Shown: positions 1 to 10,441 of the stretch, one piece after another
Layout of the letters: every line of letters begins with the position of its first letter
How positions within the stretch are numbered: position 1 is the first letter of the stretch
DNA from: Candidatus Sericytochromatia bacterium
Lineage (GTDB): Bacteria; Cyanobacteriota; Sericytochromatia; S15B-MN24; UBA4093
Length of the DNA: 64,000 nucleotides
Reading direction: 5' to 3'
NCBI GenBank assembly: GCA_036676985.1
Contig: JAKFBU010000007.1
Span: 1-64,000 of the forward strand
Notes under the pieces: generated by a model
Told to the model about the DNA's origin: nothing
Database searches by the model: none
The model's input: only the letters and a program-made list of their open reading frames with translations
Program-made: the position numbers and the translations under genes

Positions 1-102
1 GGTCCGATCGTTGGTTACGCGCAGCATGGGCCTTGTCTCTCTCTCACGGCTGAATCCAGAACTCCCATTCTACGTCCAGCCGTGGGGCTCAGCAAGCGAC
101 TC

Positions 103-1041
103 CTACCAGTAGACCAGGACGCCAAAGCTGCCGCCGGGGCTGAGTCCCCAGGAAGCACCCTGCGTGCCGGACTGGCGCGAGAAGGTGTAGCCCACCGCGG
201 CGGTCACTCCGAGGTTGTTGAAGAAGAGGTAGTCGACGCCCACGCCCGGCGCCACGCCCAGGTCCCAGCGCTCCGAGACGGCGGGGACCCCGGGCGGGTA
301 GGTACCGTCCGGATTCTGGGGCGGATACGCGGTGGTTTGCGTGCGATTGTAGAGGGCTCCGAGACCCAAGAGGCCGTAGAGCCGGACTCGCTGGCCCTTG
401 AAGAAGGGCATCATGCCCTGGACACCCAGGTTCACGAAACCCGAGGGCTCGTTGTTGCTGACCGACACGAAGGGGATGCCCGCGACCTGATAGCCCCAGT
501 CGTTCTCGAACCAGCGGCGATAGGTGATGCCCGAGCCCGAGAGGTTGGAGACGCTCAGACCCATGGCCCGGCCGTAGTTGACGGGACGGACGGGGGTCTC
601 GGCGATGGTGGCCTTGTCCGGCTCACCCTTGGCGCTGATGGGCTCGACGGCGACCACCAGGCCGCTGGGAACCTCGACGACGCGGAAGTTGGCGCTGTCG
701 TCGTCCACCCCGCGGGTGTAGCTGAGGACCTTGCTCACGCCGAGCCCCTTGAGGTGCTCGAGGGGCTCGCGGTCTTCGGGGCGCGGCCCCGGGAAGGAGA
801 GATCCCGGACTACCGCGACCTTGCGCGCGAGGAGGGCGGCGGTGAGGTCGTCCATGACTTGGAGGTCCGCCTGCGACCACTTGAGCTCGACCGGCTGGAG
901 CCAGACGCGATCGCCCGGGGCCACGAGCTTCTTCTTGATCAGGGAATCGGCCCAGCCGGCGGCGGTCTGGGCGGCCGCGGGCAGCGCCACCATGGGGGCG
1001 ACGAGAGCAGCCAGGAGAAGGGGGACGGAACGTGACGACAT
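103..1041 (-). CDS. Secreted outer-membrane protein: CsgG/FlgO-like N-domain plus C-terminal beta-barrel
   Basis: Signal peptide (SVPLLLAALVAPMVALPAAA); LGVSKVL...FRVVEVPSGLVVA resembles CsgG/FlgO; amphipathic strands ending GVLVYW. Alternative start at 1077. Confidence 0.6.
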   Translation of the reverse strand: MSSRSVPLLLAALVAPMVALPAAAQTAAGWADSLIKKKLVAPGDRVWLQPVELKWSQADLQVMDDLTAALLARKVAVVRDLSFPGPRPEDREPLEHLKGLGVSKVLSYTRGVDDDSANFRVVEVPSGLVVAVEPISAKGEPDKATIAETPVRPVNYGRAMGLSVSNLSGSGITYRRWFENDWGYQVAGIPFVSVSNNEPSGFVNLGVQGMMPFFKGQRVRLYGLLGLGALYNRTQTTAYPPQNPDGTYPPGVPAVSERWDLGVAPGVGVDYLFFNNLGVTAAVGYTFSRQSGTQGASWGLSPGGSFGVLVYW

Positions 1042-1101
1042 ACGGGCCTCCGAATCGAGCAGCCGATCCGTCGCCATGCTAACGGCTAGAAGGGCTTTTC
1101 G

Positions 1102-1812
1102 CTAGCGGACCCGTGGGTTGCGCGCGTGGAGGAAGGGCAGGTACCGCTCGTAGAGGCGCTGGTAGGACGAGTAGTACGAAGGGTCCATGTTCGGCGCGTC
1201 GAGGGCGACCCGGCCGATGCCGGCCAGGAGCGCGAGGCCGAGGATCACGCTCCAGGTGAGGCCCGCGACCGTCCGCGCACGCGCGCCGGCCCGCAGCCAT
1301 CCCAGCTCGCCCAGGGCCACCGCCGCGCCCATGCCGGCATGGAACGCCCCCGCGGCCGCCAGCAGGAGGTAGAAGGGCACGACCCACCACCAGTTCTCCA
1401 CGGCGAAGGCCAGGTAGGAGGCGGACGCCGAGTAGCCGTCCAGGGCGGGCAGGATGCGCGCGATGAGCACGTGGACGCCCAGGAGCACGAGCAGGACCGT
1501 GCCGCTCAGGCGCAACCAGCGCACGCTCGGGATCGCGACCTCCCGGGCCCGGCGGCGCTCGGCGGCCACCGCCCAGGAGGCGAGGAGGTGCAGCGCCAGG
1601 GGCGTCCAGACGAGGAGGGCCTCGACGAGCTCGCTGGGACGGTAGAGACGGCGCATGGCATAGAGCGCCTGGTCGAAGGCGTCCGGGGCCACGACCAGGG
1701 CCGCGACCGTGAGGACGTGCAGGAGGAGGAAGAGGCCGCAGGCGAGCCCCGACCACACCTGCAGGCGGCGGAAGACGGAAGGCTCGGCGGCAGGGACGTC
1801 GCGGGCGGCCAT
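1102..1812 (-). CDS. Di-heme cytochrome b membrane protein, SdhC/FrdC (cytochrome b558)-like
   Basis: About five TM helices; RRLQVWSGL..GLFLLLH start like SdhC; four intramembrane His (LLH, ALH, GVH, AFH). ATG lies 2 nt after the upstream stop. Confidence 0.6.
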   Translation of the reverse strand: MAARDVPAAEPSVFRRLQVWSGLACGLFLLLHVLTVAALVVAPDAFDQALYAMRRLYRPSELVEALLVWTPLALHLLASWAVAAERRRAREVAIPSVRWLRLSGTVLLVLLGVHVLIARILPALDGYSASASYLAFAVENWWWVVPFYLLLAAAGAFHAGMGAAVALGELGWLRAGARARTVAGLTWSVILGLALLAGIGRVALDAPNMDPSYYSSYQRLYERYLPFLHARNPRVR

Positions 1813-1814
1813 GC

Positions 1815-2585
1815 TCACAGGTTGTAGACGGGGACGCGCTCGTTGCGGGCGGGGCCGTCGATGCGGGCCGAGACCTCGACGTAGTCCTGGATGCCGCTCT
1901 TCAACAGCTTGTGCTTGAGGAGGCTGTCGACCTGGAAGATGCCCGCCGAGGAGTTCATGAGGATCTCCACGCCCACGGGCTTGGCCTTGCCCTTGTCGAT
2001 GTTCACCTTGTCGATGGCCGCCGCCGAGAGCGAGTGGATGGAGACGCGGCCCGCCTTGATGATGGCGCGCGATCGCCACTTGGTCATGTCGAGGGCGTCG
2101 GCGAGCTTGACGATGCCCGCCTCGACCGTGAAGCACTTCTTGTGGGAGTTGTGGCCGATCATGGCGTGCAGCGTCTCGCAGACGATGGTCGTCTTCGCGA
2201 CCGGGTCGTAGACCGGATCCAGCGCATCCATGAGGTACTCGTAGGCCATGAACAGGCTGTGCTCCTCGTGGGCGTCCCGGTGGACGTTCATGCCGACGTC
2301 GTGGAGCATGCCCGCGAGCGCGACCACCACCTGGGAGTCGTGCGGGGTCAAGCCGTGATCCGTGACCAGGTTCATGGCGACGCCCGCGTCCGAGAGCAGC
2401 GTGTGCAGCTTGAGGGCGATGTTGGCGACGATCTTGACGTGGGTGGGGCCGTGGTCGTTGACCCCCGCCCGCAGGCTGTTGAGGTCCGCCATGCGCCAGT
2501 AGCCGGCGACGGCGCGATCGCGCTCCATGATCGCGAGGATGGCGTTGAGCTTCGGGTTGTCCTTGACGGGTAGATTGACGAGCAT
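1815..2585 (-). CDS. HD-superfamily metal-dependent phosphohydrolase
   Basis: NDHGPTH...MLHDVG...H...LADALD motifs; AAGGAGG RBS before MLVNLP. Confidence 0.85.
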   Translation of the reverse strand: MLVNLPVKDNPKLNAILAIMERDRAVAGYWRMADLNSLRAGVNDHGPTHVKIVANIALKLHTLLSDAGVAMNLVTDHGLTPHDSQVVVALAGMLHDVGMNVHRDAHEEHSLFMAYEYLMDALDPVYDPVAKTTIVCETLHAMIGHNSHKKCFTVEAGIVKLADALDMTKWRSRAIIKAGRVSIHSLSAAAIDKVNIDKGKAKPVGVEILMNSSAGIFQVDSLLKHKLLKSGIQDYVEVSARIDGPARNERVPVYNL

Positions 2586-2733
2586 CGCCCCTCCTTGGCT
2601 GGGTTCGTTCATGGACTATACCCGATCAGGGCCCCGTTTTCGGACGATTCATCGGATCCGAATGGATCGTGAAGACGCTTGGTATCCTGGGTATATGAGG
2701 CACAGTTGGTAACGTCATAAGGGAGACCGTTTT

Positions 2734-2922
2734 ATGTCGGACGAGCAAGCTACCAGGAATCCGGCCAAGGCCACGCAGATCCTCCAGAAGAACGCGCTGG
2801 AGGAGCGCTTCCGTGACCATGTGCCGCAGCCCACGGACCCGGACTACGCCGATTACTGCACTTACATGGCCCTCAAGCTCGTGGAGGAGCAGCGGCTCAA
2901 GCGCTTGGACAAGGGTGTCTAA
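2734..2922 (+). CDS. Small hypothetical protein (62 aa)
   Basis: AAGGGAG RBS, GC3-biased codons, terminator directly downstream. Confidence 0.65.
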   Translation: MSDEQATRNPAKATQILQKNALEERFRDHVPQPTDPDYADYCTYMALKLVEEQRLKRLDKGV

Positions 2923-2940
2923 ACCCAGGACTTCCAAACG

Positions 2941-2971
2941 AAGAAGGGGCGGCTGAGCCGCCCCTTCTTTC
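2941..2971. terminator. Bidirectional intrinsic terminator
   Basis: AAGAAGGGGCGGC-TGA-GCCGCCCCTTCTT hairpin between convergent genes. Confidence 0.8.
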
Positions 2972-4114
2972 TTACTTGCCGCCGAGCGCGCTCTTGAGCA
3001 TGTCCATCCAGTTCAGGCCGTGGTGCTCGGCCTTCTTCTTGGCGACCTCGTCGTAGCGGCGCAGCAGATCGGCTTCCTCGTCGGAGAGCTTGGTCGGGAC
3101 CGCGATCTTGACCTCCACGTGCAGGTCGCCGCGCCGGCCGCGGGGATCGCCGAGGTACGGCACCCCCTGCCCCTTCAAGACGAAGACCGTGCCATGCTGG
3201 GTGCCCGCCGGGATCTTGATCTTCTCGGAACCTTCGAGCGTCGGCACCTCGACCTCGTCCCCCAGGGCCGCCTGCGGGAAGGTGATGGCCTCGGTGTAGA
3301 AGAGCTCGGTGTCCTGGCGCTCGAAGCGCTCGTCCTGCTGGACGTGCAGGACGATGTACAGGTCGCCCGCAGGGCCGCCCTTGGGACCCACGTCGCCCTC
3401 GCCCGTGACGCGCAGCCGCGCTCCGGTGTCGACGCCCGCGGGCACCTTGACCGAGAGCTTCTTCGAGGTCTTGTTGCGGCCCGCCCCCTTGCACGTGGGG
3501 CACGGCGTCTCGATGACCTTGCCTTCCCCGCTGCACTTGGGGCACATGGCCACCTGGGAGAACTGTCCGAAGATGGTGCGCTGGGTCTGGGTGATCTGCC
3601 CGGTGCCCTGGCACATGGTACAGGTGGAGACGGCGCTGCCTTCCTTGGCGCCCGAGCCCGTGCAGTCGTCGCACTTCTCGAGGTGCGAGACGTCGACGGT
3701 CTTCTCGACCCCGAAGACGGCCTCCATGAAGGGCAGGTCCAGGTCGTAGCGGAGGTCGGCCCCCCGCTCGGGGCCCCGGCGGCGCCGGGCACCCGCGCCA
3801 CCCGCGGCCCCTCCGAAGAAGGCCTCGAAGATGTCGCTGAAGCCGCCGAAGCCCTCGAAGCCCTCGAAGCCCGAGAACCCGCCCGCCCCCGCACCGGCCG
3901 CGGCATGGCCGAACTGGTCGTAGCGCTGGCGCTTCTGCGGATCCGAGAGCACCTCGTAGGCCTCGGTGATCTCCTTGAACCGGTCCTCGGCGCCCGCTTC
4001 CTTGTTGACGTCCGGGTGGTACTGGCGGGCCAGCTTGCGGAAGCCCTTCTTGATTTCGTCGTCCGAGGCGCCGCGGGCGACGCCGAGCACCTCGTAGTAG
4101 TCGCGTTTGCTCAT
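2972..4114 (-). CDS. dnaJ: Chaperone DnaJ
   Basis: J-domain with HPD, G/F region, four CxxCxGxG repeats. Confidence 0.98.
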   Translation of the reverse strand: MSKRDYYEVLGVARGASDDEIKKGFRKLARQYHPDVNKEAGAEDRFKEITEAYEVLSDPQKRQRYDQFGHAAAGAGAGGFSGFEGFEGFGGFSDIFEAFFGGAAGGAGARRRRGPERGADLRYDLDLPFMEAVFGVEKTVDVSHLEKCDDCTGSGAKEGSAVSTCTMCQGTGQITQTQRTIFGQFSQVAMCPKCSGEGKVIETPCPTCKGAGRNKTSKKLSVKVPAGVDTGARLRVTGEGDVGPKGGPAGDLYIVLHVQQDERFERQDTELFYTEAITFPQAALGDEVEVPTLEGSEKIKIPAGTQHGTVFVLKGQGVPYLGDPRGRRGDLHVEVKIAVPTKLSDEEADLLRRYDEVAKKKAEHHGLNWMDMLKSALGGK

Positions 4115-4205
4115 GGATTCCTATCCGGTGAAGTCAGGGAGGAACGCCCCGGCGCACCGGCGCGTCCCCCCCTGGTCCGTTCCGGCCCCCGCGGGGGCCG
4201 AAGAC

Positions 4206-6087
<1,882 letters not shown>

Positions 6088-6095
<8 letters not shown>

Positions 6096-6717
6096 GGTTG
6101 TCCTCCTTATCCGAGTCGGCAGGTGCCGCGGTCGTTTGTTCGGTAGTTTGAGTGGGTGCTGCGCCGTGGGGGTTGCTCGCAACCTGGACCATCGCGTGGC
6201 GCAGGACCTTGCCGCTGAGATAGTAACCCTTCTGGATCTCCGCCAGGACCGTCTGATCGGGGGCCTCGGTGGTCTCCATCTGGGCGATCGCCTCATGCAG
6301 GTTGGGGTCGAAGGGCTTTCCGACCGCCTCCATCGGGGCGACGCCCGACTTGTTGAGGAAGTCCTGCATCTGACGGTAGATGAGCTCGACGCCCGTCAGG
6401 ACCTGCTGGACGTCGGACGCCTTCTGCGAGCTCAAGAGCGCGCGCTCGAAGTTGTCCACCACGGGCAACAGGTTCTCGAAGACGCGCGACGCCGCGAACT
6501 TGATCAGCTCCTCGCGCTCCTGGGCCTGACGGCGCCGGAAGTTCTCGAAGTCCGCGGCCAGGCGCTTGAGCTGTCCCTCGAGGTCGAATATCTGCTTCTC
6601 CTTGCGGGCCAGCTCGTCGTTGGTGTCGAGCTGTCCGACGCTGGAAGCGGCCTCACCGGTCGGTGCCTGCTGGGGCTCCGGGGATTGGCTAGCCTCCTTG
6701 AGTTCTTCTTCTGCCAA
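6088..6717 (-). CDS. grpE: Nucleotide exchange factor GrpE
   Basis: [21 protein letters not shown]...VLRHAMV; TTG start. Confidence 0.97.
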
Positions 6718-7780
6718 GGTGTCCTCCTAGGGGGGATGACTCGAGCCCATAGAGCTCGGTGAGGGCCGCCGTGAGGCGTTCGGCCATGAGTTCCACGGCC
6801 GCGATGGCCTGGGAGTAGTGCATGCGGGTCGGACCGATCACCGCGAGCTCGCCCAAGACGCGACCGCCCAGGCGGTAGGTGGCCGTGACGAGCGAGCATT
6901 CCTGCAGGTCGGGCACCGGGTTCTCGCTGCCGATGGCCACGCGCACCTCGGCCCCGTCCGGGGCGATGGCGTCCATGACCCGGATCATCATGGGCTCGCG
7001 CTCGAGCAAGCTCAACAGCTGGCTCACCTTGCCCACGTCGCTGAACTCGGGCTGCTGCGCCAGGTACGACTGGTGGCTCACGTAGAGCCGCTCGCTGTCC
7101 GCCGTCGGCTGCACCCGCGCCATCAAGGCGTGCAGGAAGTCCTGGTAGGCCGCGAGCTGTCCGTTGACCTCCTGCAGGGCGCTCTCGGTGAGCTGATCCA
7201 GCGGCTTGTCGCGCAACTGCTCGTTGAGGAAGTTGGCGATGAGCACCAGCTCGTCGATCGCCATGGGGCTCGGCAGGCGCACCAGCTGGTTGGTGACCTG
7301 ACCCTGATCCGTCAGGAGCACCATGAGAATGTCCTGCTCGGCCACCGGCGTGAGCTGGATGAACTTGACCCGGCTGTTGGCGCGCTTGGGCGGCCGCACC
7401 ATGGCGGTACAGCCCGACAGCAACGCCGTGAGCTTGGCGGCCTGCTGCATGAGGTCCGAGAGGTCCTCGCCGCGCAGGGGCCAGCGCTCGAGCTCCGCCC
7501 GCTTGTCGACGGGCATGGCCTCGCGCTCCATGAGCGTGTCCACGAAGAGCCGGTAGCCGTGATCGGAGGGAATGCGACCCGCCGACGTATGCGGCTGGCG
7601 CAGGAGCCCCTCCTCCTCGAGGTCGCTGAGCTCGTTGCGAATGGTCGCCGGGCTCAGGCCGAGGTCGTACTTCTTGGAGAGCGTGCGCGACCCGACCGGC
7701 TCCGCGGTCAGGATGTAGTCGCGAATCACCGCCCGCAGGATGTCCTGCTTTCGCGGCGTCAATCGATAGTCACGTTCCAT
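6689..7780 (-). CDS. hrcA: Heat-inducible transcription repressor HrcA
   Basis: EPVGSRTL, SPATIRNEL, HTSAGRIPS, GPTRMHY; CIRCE directly upstream. Confidence 0.97.
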   Translation of the reverse strand: MERDYRLTPRKQDILRAVIRDYILTAEPVGSRTLSKKYDLGLSPATIRNELSDLEEEGLLRQPHTSAGRIPSDHGYRLFVDTLMEREAMPVDKRAELERWPLRGEDLSDLMQQAAKLTALLSGCTAMVRPPKRANSRVKFIQLTPVAEQDILMVLLTDQGQVTNQLVRLPSPMAIDELVLIANFLNEQLRDKPLDQLTESALQEVNGQLAAYQDFLHALMARVQPTADSERLYVSHQSYLAQQPEFSDVGKVSQLLSLLEREPMMIRVMDAIAPDGAEVRVAIGSENPVPDLQECSLVTATYRLGGRVLGELAVIGPTRMHYSQAIAAVELMAERLTAALTELYGLESSPLGGHLGRRRTQGG

Positions 7781-7833
7781 TAGTCGGATTCCATCGTCCG
7801 GTCGGCTCACCCCGCATGGATCCCATGCCGATG

Positions 7834-7860
7834 TTAGCACTCTAGCCTGCTGAGTGCTAA
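7834..7860. promoter_or_regulatory. CIRCE operator (HrcA site)
   Basis: Perfect TTAGCACTC-N9-GAGTGCTAA. Confidence 0.98.
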
Positions 7861-7864
7861 GTCT

Positions 7865-7894
7865 TTTCTATCACCTTGAGTTGGGTTTTGTCAA
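7865..7894 (-). promoter_or_regulatory. sigma70-type promoter of the hrcA operon
   Basis: TTGACA-N18-TAGAAA immediately upstream of the CIRCE. Confidence 0.7.
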
Positions 7895-8051
7895 TTCAGC
7901 TGGTTTCGCTGTGATGCAGGCCACGCGGGCATCTGCCGCGGCTCCCCTGCTCCGGGAACGGGGGCGCGGGCCGCACGCCGCGCTGCCGATTACCGATAAC
8001 CCTTCCTCCTCCGGTATAATGGGGAGCTTTCGCCCCAGAGGAGGTCCCGGC

Positions 8052-10361
8052 TTGACGATCCGTTTCACCGAGTCCCAGATTCTCATCAACGACCGCCCGG
8101 ACCTGGTCCTCGGCGGCGAGTTCCAGTATTTTCGCATCAAGCGGGATCAGTGGGAAGGCGTGCTCACCTCCTTCAAGGAGGCGGGGGTCAACCTGATCGC
8201 GGCCTATATTCCATGGATCTGGCACGAGATCCAGGAGGGCGAGTTCGACTTCGACGGCCGCACCGCGCCCGAGCGCGACCTGCGCGGCTTCCTCTACCTG
8301 TGCCGCAAGCTCGAGATCCCCCTCATCCTCAAGCCCGGCCCCTACATCTACGCCGAGTACCAGGGCTTCGGCATCCCGTTCTGGCTGCGCCAGAAGTACC
8401 CCGAGACCCGCATGCGGCCGCCCGCGGAAACGGACTATCAGGAGATCTTCCTGAACCACCCCCGGTTCCTGGAGCTGACCCGCAAGTGGTTCCAGGCGCT
8501 GGCGCCCCTGATCCAGCCCATGATTCAGGCGGGCGAGGTCGTCGCCCTGCAGCTCGACAACGAGACGGGCATGCCCCAGTACGGTGCGGGCCCCTACCTC
8601 ACGGACCACAGCCCCGAGGCCGTGCGCCAGCTGAGGGCCTACCTCGCGTCGCGCTACGCGGACATTGAGCAGCTCAACGCGGCCTGGCAGACCCAGTACC
8701 AGGGCTTCGACCAGATCGATCCGCCCGTGGAAGCCCCCAAGACCCGCCCACAGCTCGAGGATCTCGCGACCTTCGTCGAGGACACCCTCGTCACGTACCT
8801 CGGCACCCTCAAGCGCACGTGGCAGGAGCTGGGCCTCGATCCGTACTTCTACCTCAACGACGTCTGGCTGCCGAGCTGGCCCAACCACTTCGCCAAGAAG
8901 AACACGGTGGCGCCGGTGGGCTTCGATATGTACCCCAAGTTCATCCGGGTCTCGACGCCCCTGGATCAGCCCTACGCCATCTCGTTCGTCCCCAAGATGT
9001 ACCAGTCCATGCTCAAGGGCGGCCCCCTGATGGGCCCCGAGATCGGCGCGGGCTGGCTGGACGTGGGCGTCAAGGTGCCCGTCGTCGCCACCCTCCAGAA
9101 GATGATGGCCACCTACCTGCGCGGCAGCAAGGGCAACATCCTCTATCCCCTGCACGAGGGCGAGGACCCGGAAGGCTACAAGTACATCTTCCGCTCTCCT
9201 TTCACCCACGCGGGCGAGCGCTCGGAGCGCATGGAGGTGGTCGAGGCCCTCGGCACCTTCTGCCGGGACTGGGGGACGCTGCTTGCGACCTCCGAGGAGG
9301 CCACCAGCCCGATCGGCATCCTGCACTACCAGGACGCCACTCTCGATGTCCTCGAGTACGTGAGCGATCCCCTGAGGACCGCTCGCGAGAACCTCGACGA
9401 GGCCATCGACCGCGGCGTGACCATCTTCCCCGCCAACTCCGGGCTCTACGGCGCCCTTTTGGAGGGCGGGTACCAGCCGCGGGTCCTCGAGCTGTCGGGT
9501 GCGAGCCTCGACGAGCTCAAGCAGTGCAAGATCCTCTTCTTCAACAGCACCGGGCACCTCAAGGAGCACCTGGTGGAGAAGCTCGAGGCCTTCGTGGAGG
9601 CGGGCGGCACGCTCGTCACCATGGGCGTGCCCTTCGTCGAGGGGGACCATCGCCTCTTCCCGGGCCGCGTCAAGCGCACCTGGCGACCCCGCTCGCTGGC
9701 GGTGGTAGCGGGCACGGTCACGGATCTGGCCGTCTTCCACATGCGCGAGCGCCGCAAGATCTCGCACCCCCTGGTGCGCTTCACCATCGAGAAGCTGCAG
9801 CCGGTCATGAGCATGGTCAAGCACGCGACCCGCGCGGGCGTCTGGCTCACGGACTCCATGCACGGCGGCAAGGTCTGGTGCAGCCGCATGGTCACCTACG
9901 TCACGGTGCCTTCCGGCGGCACGGAGCTCATCAACTACATGAAGGCCCCCGTGGGCTACCTGGCGCCCCTGGGCGAGGGCCAGACCGCCTACATTGGGAC
10001 CCTCTTGGGCCCCATCGTCGACAGCCCGGGGTACTACCTGGACGATCCCGCGCGCAAGCAATCGGTGGTGAGCTTCGTCTCGAGCCTCATGGTCCACCTG
10101 GGCGTGAAGCCCCTGACCCGGCCGGTGGCCGGGATCGAGCCCATCGTGCGCAAGACGCCCGAGGGCACGCTCATCGGGCTCATCAACCGGGGAGCCGAGC
10201 GAGAGTTCACGTTCACCCTGCCCGAGGGCTGGTCGGCCGCGCGGATCACCCAGCAGTTCTCGTATTTGGGCTCGAGAGCCACCTGGGAAGGCCACCTGGC
10301 GGGAACCATGAAGTCGGGCGACGTCCTGTGCCTCCACCTGGCGGAAGAGCAGAAGGCCTAG
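8052..10361 (+). CDS. Glycoside hydrolase, GH35 (GH35/GH42-like beta-galactosidase family)
   Basis: GGEFQYFR, YIPWIWHE, KPGPYIYAE, QLDNE (acid/base), PLMGPEIGAGW (nucleophile). TTG start after GGAGG; TATAAT at 8015-8020. Confidence 0.85.
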   Translation: MTIRFTESQILINDRPDLVLGGEFQYFRIKRDQWEGVLTSFKEAGVNLIAAYIPWIWHEIQEGEFDFDGRTAPERDLRGFLYLCRKLEIPLILKPGPYIYAEYQGFGIPFWLRQKYPETRMRPPAETDYQEIFLNHPRFLELTRKWFQALAPLIQPMIQAGEVVALQLDNETGMPQYGAGPYLTDHSPEAVRQLRAYLASRYADIEQLNAAWQTQYQGFDQIDPPVEAPKTRPQLEDLATFVEDTLVTYLGTLKRTWQELGLDPYFYLNDVWLPSWPNHFAKKNTVAPVGFDMYPKFIRVSTPLDQPYAISFVPKMYQSMLKGGPLMGPEIGAGWLDVGVKVPVVATLQKMMATYLRGSKGNILYPLHEGEDPEGYKYIFRSPFTHAGERSERMEVVEALGTFCRDWGTLLATSEEATSPIGILHYQDATLDVLEYVSDPLRTARENLDEAIDRGVTIFPANSGLYGALLEGGYQPRVLELSGASLDELKQCKILFFNSTGHLKEHLVEKLEAFVEAGGTLVTMGVPFVEGDHRLFPGRVKRTWRPRSLAVVAGTVTDLAVFHMRERRKISHPLVRFTIEKLQPVMSMVKHATRAGVWLTDSMHGGKVWCSRMVTYVTVPSGGTELINYMKAPVGYLAPLGEGQTAYIGTLLGPIVDSPGYYLDDPARKQSVVSFVSSLMVHLGVKPLTRPVAGIEPIVRKTPEGTLIGLINRGAEREFTFTLPEGWSAARITQQFSYLGSRATWEGHLAGTMKSGDVLCLHLAEEQKA

Positions 10362-10441
10362 AGCCTCCTCCTCACGAACCATTCAGCGTATTTTCATCCC
10401 TGATGGGTAAAATATCCTCAAGGTGAAAGGAGCCCTCGCGC

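Noticed and set aside
1-27. Possible gene start MLRVTNDRT on the minus strand at the window edge
   Set aside because: Only nine codons are visible, so it cannot be identified.
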